Shown here: in pieces, positions 38,901 through 52,800 of the stretch
Position numbering within the stretch: the first letter of the stretch is position 1
How the letters are laid out: each line of letters starts with the position of its first letter
Assembly: GCA_964057225.1 (NCBI GenBank)
Contig: OZ059900.1
Location: forward strand, 18,786,001 to 18,850,000
DNA: 64,000 nucleotides
Source: Auanema rhodensis
Lineage: Eukaryota; Animalia; Nematoda
Direction: 5' to 3'
Translations under genes and position numbers: made by a program
Notes under the pieces: generated by a model
Told to the model about the DNA's origin: nothing
Seen by the model: the letters and a program-made list of their open reading frames with translations, nothing else
Databases searched by the model: none

Positions 38901-41900
38901 AACAATTTTGAGCTAGGTTTCATTGACATTGCATGAGTTTGAACACATGAAATCGTAAGTCAAAACCTTGTTTACAGCGAAATTTCCAAAAACTGGTTTT
39001 CCAGCATAATAAAATATTTCTCATGGGAAATACTGTGTTTTTGTATTTTTATAGTGTTCAGCATGTAAAATGCTTCATTTTAGTATGTAACACGCTGAAA
39101 TTCGTTGCATTTGACGACTCATATGAACAAAAATCGATTTAATCAATATTAGCCATAAGGGGCGTGCCCTCAGAATATGCTAATTTCCTTAATTTTCTAA
39201 CCCCTGTTTTGTTGTCGTGAAAGTGGAACTAGACGTTGTAGGAACAATTTTGAGCTAGGTTTCATTGACATTGCATGAGTTTGAACACATGAAATCGTAA
39301 GTCAAAACCTTGTTTACAGCGAAATTTCCAAAAACTGGTTTTCCAGCATAATAAAATATTTCTCATGGGAAATACTGTGTTTTTGTATTTTTCTAGTGTT
39401 CAGCATGTAAAATGCTTCATTTTAGTATGTAACACGCTGAAATTCGTTGCATTTGACGACTCATATGAACAAAAATCGATTTAATCAATATTAGCCATAA
39501 GGGGCGTGCCCTCAGAATATGCTAATTTCCTTAATTTTCTAACCCCTGTTTTTTTGTCGTGAAAGTGGAACTAGACGTTGTACGAACAATTTTGAGCTAG
39601 GTTTTATTGACATTGCATGAGTTTGAACACATGAAATCGTAAGTCAAAACCTTGTTTACAGCGAAATTTCCAAAAACTGGTTTTCCAGCATAATAAAATA
39701 TTTCTCATGAGAAATACTGTGTTTTTGTATTTTTCTAGTGTTCAGCATGTAAAATGCTTCATTTTAGTATGTAACACGCTGAAATTCGTTGCATTTGACG
39801 ACTCATATGAACAAAAATCGATTTAATCAATATTAGCCATAAGGGGCGTGCCCTCAGAATATGCTAATTTCCTTAATTTTCTAACCCCTGTTTTTTGTCG
39901 TGAAAGTGGAACTAGACGTTGTACGAACAATTTTGAGCTAGGTTTTATTGACATTGCATGAGTTTGAACACATGAAATCGTAAGTCAAAACCTTGTTTAC
40001 AGCGAAATTTCCAAAAACTGGTTTTCCAGCATAATAAAATATTTCTCATGAGAAATACTGTGTTTTTGTATTTTTCTAGTGTTCAGCATGTAAAATGCTT
40101 CATTTTAGTATGTAACACGCTGAAATTCGTTGCATTTGACGACTCATATGAACAAAAATCGATATAATCAATATTAGCCATAAGGGGCGTGCCCTCAGAA
40201 TATGCTAATTTCCTTAATTTTCTAACCCCTGTTTTTTGTCGTGAAAGTGGAACTAGACGTTGTAGGAACAATTTTGAGCTAGGTTTCATTGACATTGCAT
40301 GAGTTTGAACACATGAAATCGTAAGTCAAAACCTTGTTTACAGCGAAATTTCCAAAAACTGGTTTTCCAGCATAATAAAATATTTCTCATGGGAAATACT
40401 GTGTTTTTGTATTTTTATAGTGTTCAGCATGTAAAATGCTTCATTTTAGTATGTAACACGCTGAAATTCGTTGCATTTGACGACTCATATGAACAAAAAT
40501 CGATTTAATCAATATTAGCCATAAGGGGCGTGCCCTCAGAATATGCTAATTTCCTTAATTTTCTAACCCCTGTTTTTTTGTCGTGAAAGTGGAACTAGAC
40601 GTTGTACGAACAATTTTGAGCTAGGTTTTATTGACATTGCATGAGTTTGAACACATGAAATCGTAAGTCAAAACCTTGTTTACAGCGAAATTTCCAAAAA
40701 CTGGTTTTCCAGCATAATAAAATATTTCTCATGAGAAATACTGTGTTTTTGTATTTTTCTAGTGTTCAGCATGTAAAATGCTTCATTTTAGTATGTAACA
40801 CGCTGAAATTCGTTGCATTTGACGACTCATATGAACAAAAATCGATTTAATCAATATTAGCCATAAGGGGCGTGCCCTCAGAATATGCTAATTTCCTTAA
40901 TTTTCTAACCCCTGTTTTTTTGTCGTGAAAGTGGAACTAGACGTTGTACGAACAATTTTGAGCTAGGTTTCATTGACATTGCATGAGTTTGAACACATGA
41001 AATCGTAAGTCAAAACCTTGTTTACAGCGAAATTTCCAAAAACTGGTTTTCCAGCATAATAAAATATTTCTCATGGGAAATACTGTGTTTTTGTATTTTT
41101 ATAGTGTTCAGCATGTAAAATGTTTCATTTTAGTATGTAACACGCTGAAATTCGTTGCATTTGACGACTCATATGAACAAAAATCGATTTAATCAATATT
41201 AGCCATAAAGGGCGTGCCCTCAGAATATGCTAATTTCCTTAATTTTCTAACCCCTGTTTTTTTGTCGTGAAAGTGGAACTAGACGTTGTAGGAACAATTT
41301 TGAGCTAGGTTTCATTGACATTGCATGAGTTTGAACACATGAAATCGTAAGTCAAAACCTTGTTTACAGCGAAATTTCCAAAAACTCGTTTTCCAGCATA
41401 ATAAAATATTTCTCATGGGAAATACTGTGTTTTTGTATTTTTTTAGTGTTCAGCATGTAAAATGCTTCATTTTAGTATGTAACACGCTGAAATTAATTGC
41501 ATTTGACGACTCATATGAACAAAAATCGATTTAATCAATATTAGCCATAAGGGGCGTGCCCTCAGAATATGCTAATTTCCTTAATTTTCTAACCCCTGTT
41601 TTTTTGTCGTGAAAGTGGAACTAGACGTTGTACGAACAATTTTGAGCTAGGTTTCATTGACATTGCATGAGTTTGAACACATGAAATCGTAAGTCAAAAC
41701 CTTGTTTACAGCGAAATTTCAAAAAACTGGTTTTCCAGCATAATAAAATATTTCTCATGGGAAATACTGTGTTTTTGTATTTTTCTAGTGTTCAGCATGT
41801 GAAATGCTTCATTTTAGTATGTAACACGCTGAAATTCGTTGCATTTGACGACTCATATGAACAAAAATCGATTTAATCAATATTAGCCATAAGGGGCGTG

Positions 41901-43400
41901 CCCTCAGAATATGCTAATTTCCTTAATTTTCTAACCCCTGTTTTTTTGTCGTGAAAGTGGAACTAGACGTTGTACGAACAATTTTGAGCTAGGTTTTATT
42001 GACATTGCATGAGTTTGAACACATGAAATCGTAAGTCAAAACCTTGTTTACAGCGAAATTTCCAAAAACTGGTTTTCCAGCATAATAAAATATTTCTCAT
42101 GGGAAATACTGTGTTTTTGTATTTTTCTAGTGTTCAGCATGTGAAATGCTTCATTTTAGTATGTAACACGCTGAAATTCGTTGCATTTGACGACTCATAT
42201 GAACAAAAATCGATTTAATCAATATTAGCCATAAGGGGCGTGCCCTCAGAATATGCTAATTTCCTTAATTTTCTAACCCCTGTTTTTTTGTCGTGAAAGT
42301 GGAACTAGACGTTGTAGGAACAATTTTGAGCTAGGTTTCATTGACATTGCATGAGTTTGAACACATGAAATCGTAAGTCAAAACCTTGTTTACAGCGAAA
42401 TTTCCAAAAACTCGTTTTCCAGCATAATAAAATATTTCTCATGGGAAATACTGTGTTTTTGTAGTTTTTTAGTGTTCAGCATGTAAAATGCTTCATTTTA
42501 GTATGTAACACGCTGAAATTAATTGCATTTGACGACTCATATGAACAAAAATCGATTTAATCAATATTAGCCATAAGGGGCGTGCCCTCAGAATATGCTA
42601 ATTTCCTTAATTTTCTAACCCCTGTTTTTTTGTCGTGAAAGTGGAACTAGACGTTGTACGAACAATTTTGAGCTAGGTTTCATTGACATTGCATGAGTTT
42701 GAACACATGAAATCGTAAGTCAAAACCTTGTTTACAGCGAAATTTCCAAAAACTGGTTTTCCAGCATAATAAAATATTTCTCATGGGAAATACTGTGTTT
42801 TTGTATTTTTCTAGTGTTCAGCATGTGAAATGCTTCATTTTAGTATGTAACACGCTGAAATTCGTTGCATTTGACGACTCATATGAACAAAAATCGATTT
42901 AATCAATATTAGCCATAAGGGGCGTGCCCTCAGAATATGCTAATTTCCTTAATTTTCTAACCCCTGTTTTTTTGTCGTGAAAGTGGAACTAGACGTTGTA
43001 CGAACAATTTTGAGCTAGGTTTCATTGACATTGCATGAGTTTGAACACATGAAATCGTAAGTCAAAACCTTGTTTACAGCGAAATTTCCAAAAACTGGTT
43101 TTCCAGCATAATAAAATATTTCTCATGGGAAATACTGTGTTTTTGTATTTTTATAGTGTTCAGCATGTAAAATGTTTCATTTTAGTATGTAACACGCTGA
43201 AATTCGTTGCATTTGACGACTCATATGAACAAAAATCGATTTAATCAATATTAGCCATAAAGGGCGTGCCCTCAGAATATGCTAATTTCCTTAATTTTCT
43301 AACCCCTGTTTTTTTGTCGTGAAAGTGGAACTAGACGTTGTAGGAACAATTTTGAGCTAGGTTTCATTGACATTGCATGAGTTTGAACACATGAAATCGT
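33000..43400 (-). repeat. About 18-monomer (6.15 kb) higher-order duplication, partial second copy
   Basis: The run of TTTTATTG/CATGAGAAA/T6 monomers starting ~33451 recurs at ~39603. GTAGTTTTTT occurs at ~36308 and ~42461. Boundaries approximate. Confidence 0.7.
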
Positions 43401-46400
43401 AAGTCAAAACCTTGTTTACAGCGAAATTTCCAAAAACTCGTTTTCCAGCATAATAAAATATTTCTCATGGGAAATACTGTGTTTTTGTATTTTTATAGTG
43501 TTCAGCATGTAAAATGTTTCATTTTAGTATGTAACACGCTGAAATTCGTTGCATTTGACGACTCATATGAACAAAAATCGATTTAATCAATATTAGCCAT
43601 AAAGGGCGTGCCCTCAGAATATGCTAATTTCCTTAATTTTCTAACCCCTGTTTTTTTGTCGTGAAAGTGGAACTAGACGTTGTAGGAACAATTTTGAGCT
43701 AGGTTTCATTGACATTGCATGAGTTTGAACACATGAAATCGTAAGTCAAAACCTTGTTTACAGCGAAATTTCCAAAAACTCGTTTTCCAGCATAATAAAA
43801 TATTTCTCATGGGAAATACTGTGTTTTTATATTTTTTTAGTGTTCAGCATGTGAAATGCTTCATTTTAGTATGTAACACGCTGAAATTAATTGCATTTGA
43901 CGACTCATATGAACAAAAATCGATTTAATCAATATTAGCCATAAGGGGCGTGCCCTCAGAATATGCTAATTTCCTTAATTTTCTAACCCCTGTTTTTTTG
44001 TCGTGAAAGTGGAACTAGACGTTGTACGAACAATTTTGAGCTAGGTTTCATTGACATTGCATGAGTTTGAACACATGAAATCGTAAGTCAAAACCTTGTT
44101 TACAGCGAAATTTCCAAAAACTGGTTTTCCAGCATAATAAAATATTTCTCATTGGAAATACTGTGTTTTTGTATTTTTCTAGTGTTCAGCATGTGAAATG
44201 CTTCATTTTAGTATGTAACACGCTGAAATTCGTTGCATTTGACGACTCATATGAACAAAAATCGATTTAATCAATATTAGCCATAAGGGGCGTGCCCTCA
44301 GAATATGCTAATTTCCTTAATTTTCTAACCCCTGTTTTTTTGTCGTGAAAGTGGAACTAGACGTTGTACGAACAATTTTGAGCTAGGTTTTATTGACATT
44401 GCATGAGTTTGAACACATGAAATCGTAAGTCAAAACCTTGTTTACAGCGAAATTTCCAAAAACTGGTTTTCCAGCATAATAAAATATTTCTCATGGGAAA
44501 TACTGTGTTTTTGTAGTTTTTTAGTGTTCAGCATGTAAAATGCTTCATTTTAGTATGTAACACGCTGAAATTAATTGCATTTGACGACTCATATGAACAA
44601 AAATCGATTTAATCAATATTAGCCATAAGGGGCGTGCCCTCAGAATATGCTAATTTCCTTAATTTTCTAACCCCTGTTTTTTTGTCGTGAAAGTGGAACT
44701 AGACGTTGTACGAACAATTTTGAGCTAGGTTTCATTGACATTGCATGAGTTTGAACACATGAAATCGTAAGTCAAAACCTTGTTTACAGCGAAATTTCCA
44801 AAAACTGGTTTTCCAGCATAATAAAATATTTCTCATGGGAAATACTGTGTTTTTGTATTTTTCTAGTGTTCAGCATGTGAAATGCTTCATTTTAGTATGT
44901 AACACGCTGAAATTCGTTGCATTTGACGACTCATATGAACAAAAATCGATTTAATCAATATTAGCCATAAGGGGCGTGCCCTCAGAATATGCTAATTTCC
45001 TTAATTTTCTAACCCCTGTTTTTTTGTCGTGAAAGTGGAACTAGACGTTGTACGAACAATTTTGAGCTAGGTTTTATTGACATTGCATGAGTTTGAACAC
45101 ATGAAATCGTAAGTCAAAACCTTGTTTACAGCGAAATTTCCAAAAACTGGTTTTCCAGCATAATAAAATATTTCTCATGGGAAATACTGTGTTTTTGTAG
45201 TTTTTTAGTGTTCAGCATGTAAAATGCTTCATTTTAGTATGTAACACGCTGAAATTAATTGCATTTGACGACTCATATGAACAAAAATCGATTTAATCAA
45301 TATTAGCCATAAGGGGCGTGCCCTCAGAATATGCTAATTTCCTTAATTTTCTAACCCCTGTTTTTTTGTCGTGAAAGTGGAACTAGACGTTGTACGAACA
45401 ATTTTGAGCTAGGTTTCATTGACATTGCATGAGTTTGAACACATGAAATCGTAAGTCAAAACCTTGTTTACAGCGAAATTTCCAAAAACTGGTTTTCCAG
45501 CATAATAAAATATTTCTCATGGGAAATACTGTGTTTTTGTATTTTTCTAGTGTTCAGCATGTGAAATGCTTCATTTTAGTATGTAACACGCTGAAATTCG
45601 TTGCATTTGACGACTCATATGAACAAAAATCGATTTAATCAATATTAGCCATAAGGGGCGTGCCCTCAGAATATGCTAATTTCCTTAATTTTCTAACCCC
45701 TGTTTTTTTGTCGTGAAAGTGGAACTAGACGTTGTACGAACAATTTTGAGCTAGGTTTCATTGACATTGCATGAGTTTGAACACATGAAATCGTAAGTCA
45801 AAACCTTGTTTACAGCGAAATTTCCAAAAACTGGTTTTCCAGCATAATAAAATATTTCTCATGGGAAATACTGTGTTTTTGTATTTTTATAGTGTTCAGC
45901 ATGTAAAATGTTTCATTTTAGTATGTAACACGCTGAAATTCGTTGCATTTGACGACTCATATGAACAAAAATCGATTTAATCAATATTAGCCATAAAGGG
46001 CGTGCCCTCAGAATATGCTAATTTCCTTAATTTTCTAACCCCTGTTTTTTTGTCGTGAAAGTGGAACTAGACGTTGTAGGAACAATTTTGAGCTAGGTTT
46101 CATTGACATTGCATGAGTTTGAACACATGAAATCGTAAGTCAAAACCTTGTTTACAGCGAAATTTCCAAAAACTCGTTTTCCAGCATAATAAAATATTTC
46201 TCATGGGAAATACTGTGTTTTTGTATTTTTTTAGTGTTCAGCATGTAAAATGCTTCATTTTAGTATGTAACACGCTGAAATTAATTGCATTTGACGACTC
46301 ATATGAACAAAAATCGATTTAATCAATATTAGCCATAAGGGGCGTGCCCTCAGAATATGCTAATTTCCTTAATTTTCTAACCCCTGTTTTTTTGTCGTGA

Positions 46401-49400
46401 AAGTGGAACTAGACGTTGTACGAACAATTTTGAGCTAGGTTTCATTGACATTGCATGAGTTTGAACACATGAAATCGTAAGTCAAAACCTTGTTTACAGC
46501 GAAATTTCCAAAAACTGGTTTTCCAGCATAATAAAATATTTCTCATGGGAAATACTGTGTTTTTGTATTTTTCTAGTGTTCAGCATGTGAAATGCTTCAT
46601 TTTAGTATGTAACACGCTGAAATTCGTTGCATTTGACGACTCATATGAACAAAAATCGATTTAATCAATATTAGCCATAAGGGGCGTGCCCTCAGAATAT
46701 GCTAATTTCCTTAATTTTCTAACCCCTGTTTTGTTGTCGTGAAAGTGGAACTAGACGTTGTAGGAACAATTTTGAGCTAGGTTTCATTGACATTGCATGA
46801 GTTTGAACACATGAAATCGTAAGTCAAAACCTTGTTTACAGCGAAATTTCCAAAAACTGGTTTTCCAGCATAATAAAATATTTCTCATGGGAAATACTGT
46901 GTTTTTGTATTTTTCTAGTGTTCAGCATGTGAAACGCTTCATTTTAGTATGTAACACGCTGAAATTCGTTGCATTTGACGACTCATATGAACAAAAATCG
47001 ATTTAATCAATATTAGCCATAAGGGGCGTGCCCTCAGAATATGCTAATTTCCTTAATTTTCTAACCCCTGTTTTGTTGTCGTGAAAGTGGAACTAGACGT
47101 TGTAGGAACAATTTTGAGCTAGGTTTCATTGACATTGCATGAGTTTGAACACATGAAATCGTAAGTCAAAACCTTGTTTACAGCGAAATTTCCAAAAACT
47201 CGTTTTCCAGCATAATAAAATATTTCTCATGGGAAATACTGTGTTTTTGTATTTTTTTAGTGTTCAGCATGTAAAATGCTTCATTTTAGTATGTAACACG
47301 CTGAAATTAATTGCATTTGACGACTCATATGAACAAAAATCGATTTAATCAATATTAGCCATAAGGGGCGTGCCCTCAGAATATGCTAATTTCCTTAATT
47401 TTCTAACCCCTGTTTTTTGTCGTGAAAGTGGAACTAGACGTTGTAGGAACAATTTTGAGCTAGGTTTCATTGACATTGCATGAGTTTGAACACATGAAAT
47501 CGTAAGTCAAAACCTTGTTTACAGCGAAATTTCCAAAAACTGGTTTTCCAGCATAATAAAATATTTCTCATGGGAAATACTGTGTTTTTGTATTTTTATA
47601 GTGTTCAGCATGTAAAATGCTTCATTTTAGTATGTAACACGCTGAAATTCGTTGCATTTGACGACTCATATGAACAAAAATCGATTTAATCAATATTAGC
47701 CATAAGGGGCGTGCCCTCAGAATATGCTAATTTCCTTAATTTTCTAACCCCTGTTTTTTTGTCGTGAAAGTGGAACTAGACGTTGTACGAACAATTTTGA
47801 GCTAGGTTTTATTGACATTGCATGAGTTTGAACACATGAAATCGTAAGTCAAAACCTTGTTTACAGCGAAATTTCCAAAAACTGGTTTTCCAGCATAATA
47901 AAATATTTCTCATGAGAAATACTGTGTTTTTGTATTTTTCTAGTGTTCAGCATGTAAAATGCTTCATTTTAGTATGTAACACGCTGAAATTCGTTGCATT
48001 TGACGACTCATATGAACAAAAATCGATTTAATCAATATTAGCCATAAGGGGCGTGCCCTCAGAATATGCTAATTTCCTTAATTTTCTAACCCCTGTTTTT
48101 TTGTCGTGAAAGTGGAACTAGACGTTGTACGAACAATTTTGAGCTAGGTTTCATTGACATTGCATGAGTTTGAACACATGAAATCGTAAGTCAAAACCTT
48201 GTTTACAGCGAAATTTCCAAAAACTGGTTTTCCAGCATAATAAAATATTTCTCATGGGAAATACTGTGTTTTTGTATTTTTATAGTGTTCAGCATGTAAA
48301 ATGTTTCATTTTAGTATGTAACACGCTGAAATTCGTTGCATTTGACGACTCATATGAACAAAAATCGATTTAATCAATATTAGCCATAAAGGGCGTGCCC
48401 TCAGAATATGCTAATTTCCTTAATTTTCTAACCCCTGTTTTTTTGTCGTGAAAGTGGAACTAGACGTTGTAGGAACAATTTTGAGCTAGGTTTCATTGAC
48501 ATTGCATGAGTTTGAACACATGAAATCGTAAGTCAAAACCTTGTTTACAGCGAAATTTCCAAAAACTCGTTTTCCAGCATAATAAAATATTTCTCATGGG
48601 AAATACTGTGTTTTTGTATTTTTTTAGTGTTCAGCATGTAAAATGCTTCATTTTAGTATGTAACACGCTGAAATTAATTGCATTTGACGACTCATATGAA
48701 CAAAAATCGATTTAATCAATATTAGTCATAAGGGGCGTGCCCTCAGAATATGCTAATTTCCTTAATTTTCTAACCCCTGTTTTTTTGTCGTGAAAGTGGA
48801 ACTAGACGTTGTACGAACAATTTTGAGCTAGGTTTCATTGACATTGCATGAGTTTGAACACATGAAATCGTAAGTCAAAACCTTGTTTACAGCGAAATTT
48901 CCAAAAACTGGTTTTCCAGCATAATAAAATATTTCTCATGGGAAATACTGTGTTTTTGTATTTTTCTAGTGTTCAGCATGTGAAATGCTTCATTTTAGTA
49001 TGTAACACGCTGAAATTCGTTGCATTTGACGACTCATATGAACAAAAATCGATTTAATCAATATTAGCCATAAGGGGCGTGCCCTCAGAATATGCTAATT
49101 TCCTTAATTTTCTAACCCCTGTTTTTTTGTCGTGAAAGTGGAACTAGACGTTGTACGAACAATTTTGAGCTAGGTTTTATTGACATTGCATGAGTTTGAA
49201 CACATGAAATCGTAAGTCAAAACCTTGTTTACAGCGAAATTTCCAAAAACTGGTTTTCCAGCATAATAAAATATTTCTCATGGGAAATACTGTGTTTTTG
49301 TATTTTTCTAGTGTTCAGCATGTGAAATGCTTCATTTTAGTATGTAACACGCTGAAATTCGTTGCATTTGACGACTCATATGAACAAAAATCGATTTAAT

Positions 49401-49899
49401 CAATATTAGCCATAAGGGGCGTGCCCTCAGAATATGCTAATTTCCTTAATTTTCTAACCCCTGTTTTGTTGTCGTGAAAGTGGAACTAGACGTTGTAGGA
49501 ACAATTTTGAGCTAGGTTTCATTGACATTGCATGAGTTTGAACACATGAAATCGTAAGTCAAAACCTTGTTTACAGCGAAATTTCCAAAAACTGGTTTTC
49601 CAGCATAATAAAATATTTCTCATGGGAAATACTGTGTTTTTGTATTTTTCTAGTGTTCAGCATGTGAAATGCTTCATTTTAGTATGTAACACGCTGAAAT
49701 TCGTTGCATTTGACGACTCATATGAACAAAAATCGATTTAATCAATATTAGCCATAAGGGGCGTGCCCTCAGAATATGCTAATTTCCTTAATTTTCTAAC
49801 CCCTGTTTTGTTGTCGTGAAAGTGGAACTAGACGTTGTAGGAACAATTTTGAGCTAGGTTTCATTGACATTGCATGAGTTTGAACACATGAAATCGTAA

Positions 49900-52800
49900 G
49901 TCAAAACCTTGTTTACAGCGAAATTTCCAAAAACTGGTTTTCCAGCATAATAAAATATTTCTCATGGGAAATACTGTGTTTTTGTATTTTTCTAGTGTTC
50001 AGCATGTAAAATGCTTCATTTTAGTATGTAACACGCTGAAATTCGTTGCATTTGACGACTCATATGAACAAAAATCGATTTAATCAATATTAGCCATAAG
50101 GGGCGTGCCCTCAGAATATGCTAATTTCCTTAATTTTCTAACCCCTGTTTTTTGTCGTGAAAGTGGAACTAGACGTTGTAGGAACAATTTTGAGCTAGGT
50201 TTCATTGACATTGCATGAGTTTGAACACATGAAATCGTAAGTCAAAACCTTGTTTACAGCGAAATTTCCAAAAACTGGTTTTCCAGCATAATAAAATATT
50301 TCTCATGGGAAATACTGTGTTTTTGTATTTTTATAGTGTTCAGCATGTAAAATGCTTCATTTTAGTATGTAACACGCTGAAATTCGTTGCATTTGACGAC
50401 TCATATGAACAAAAATCGATTTAATCAATATTAGCCATAAGGGGCGTGCCCTCAGAATATGCTAATTTCCTTAATTTTCTAACCCCTGTTTTTTTGTCGT
50501 GAAAGTGGAACTAGACGTTGTACGAACAATTTTGAGCTAGGTTTTATTGACATTGCATGAGTTTGAACACATGAAATCGTAAGTCAAAACCTTGTTTACA
50601 GCGAAATTTCCAAAAACTGGTTTTCCAGCATAATAAAATATTTCTCATGAGAAATACTGTGTTTTTGTATTTTTCTAGTGTTCAGCATGTAAAATGCTTC
50701 ATTTTAGTATGTAACACGCTGAAATTCGTTGCATTTGACGACTCATATGAACAAAAATCGATTTAATCAATATTAGCCATAAGGGGCGTGCCCTCAGAAT
50801 ATGCTAATTTCCTTAATTTTCTAACCCCTGTTTTTTTGTCGTGAAAGTGGAACTAGACGTTGTACGAACAATTTTGAGCTAGGTTTCATTGACATTGCAT
50901 GAGTTTGAACACATGAAATCGTAAGTCAAAACCTTGTTTACAGCGAAATTTCCAAAAACTGGTTTTCCAGCATAATAAAATATTTCTCATGGGAAATACT
51001 GTGTTTTTGTATTTTTATAGTGTTCAGCATTTGAAATGCTTCATTTTAGTATGTAACACGCTGAAATTCGTTGCATTTGACGACTCATATGAACAAAAAT
51101 CGATTTAATCAATATTAGCCATAAAGGGAGTGCCCTCAGAATATGCTAATTTCCTTAATTTTCTAACCCCTGTTTTTTTGTCGTGAAAGTGGAACTAGAC
51201 GTTGTAGGAACAATTTTGAGCTAGGTTTCATTGACATTGCATGAGTTTGAACACATGAAATCGTAAGTCAAAACCTTGTTTACAGCGAAATTTCCAAAAA
51301 CTCGTTTTCCAGCATAATAAAATATTTCTCATGGGAAATACTGTGTTTTTGTATTTTTTTAGTGTTCAGCATGTAAAATGCTTCATTTTAGTATGTAACA
51401 CGCTGAAATTAATTGCATTTGACGACTCATATGAACAAAAATCGATTTAATCAATATTAGCCATAAGGGGCGTGCCCTCAGAATATGCTAATTTCCTTAA
51501 TTTTCTAACCCCTGTTTTTTTGTCGTGAAAGTGGAACTAGACGTTGTACGAACAATTGTGAGCTAGGTTTCATTGACATTGCATGAGTTTGAACACATGA
51601 AATCGTAAGTCAAAACCTTGTTTACAGCGAAATTTCCAAAAACTGGTTTTCCAGCATAATAAAATATTTCTCATGGGAAATACTGTGTTTTTGTATTTTT
51701 CTAGTGTTCAGCATGTGAAATGCTTCATTTTAGTATGTAACACGCTGAAATTCGTTGCATTTGACGACTCATATGAACAAAAATCGATTTAATCAATATT
51801 AGCCATAAGGGGCGTGCCCTCAGAATATGCTAATTTCCTTAATTTTCTAACCCCTGTTTTTTTGTCGTGAAAGTGGAACTAGACGTTGTACGAACAATTT
51901 TGAGCTAGGTTTTATTGACATTGCATGAGTTTGAACACATGAAATCGTAAGTCAAAACCTTGTTTACAGCGAAATTTCCAAAAACTGGTTTTCCAGCATA
52001 ATAAAATATTTCTCATGGGAAATACTGTGTTTTTGTATTTTTCTAGTGTTCAGCATGTGAAATGCTTCATTTTAGTATGTAACACGCTGAAATTCGTTGC
52101 ATTTGACGACTCATATGAACAAAAATCGATTTAATCAATATTAGCCATAAGGGGCGTGCCCTCAGAATATGCTAATTTCCTTAATTTTCTAACCCCTGTT
52201 TTGTTGTCGTGAAAGTGGAACTAGACGTTGTAGGAACAATTTTGAGCTAGGTTTCATTGACATTGCATGAGTTTGAACACATGAAATCGTAAGTCAAAAC
52301 CTTGTTTACAGCGAAATTTCCAAAAACTGGTTTTCCAGCATAATAAAATATTTCTCATGGGAAATACTGTGTTTTTGTATTTTTCTAGTGTTCAGCATGT
52401 GAAATGCTTCATTTTAGTATGTAACACGCTGAAATTCGTTGCATTTGACGACTCATATGAACAAAAATCGATTTAATCAATATTAGCCATAAGGGGCGTG
52501 CCCTCAGAATATGCTAATTTCCTTAATTTTCTAACCCCTGTTTTGTTGTCGTGAAAGTGGAACTAGACGTTGTAGGAACAATTTTGAGCTAGGTTTCATT
52601 GACATTGCATGAGTTTGAACACATGAAATCGTAAGTCAAAACCTTGTTTACAGCGAAATTTCCAAAAACTGGTTTTCCAGCATAATAAAATATTTCTCAT
52701 GGGAAATACTGTGTTTTTGTATTTTTCTAGTGTTCAGCATGTAAAATGCTTCATTTTAGTATGTAACACGCTGAAATTCGTTGCATTTGACGACTCATAT

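Noticed and set aside
40083-40295. 70-aa minus-strand ORF
   Set aside because: It is created by a stop-removing SNP (GATATAATC) plus a T6 slippage in one monomer.
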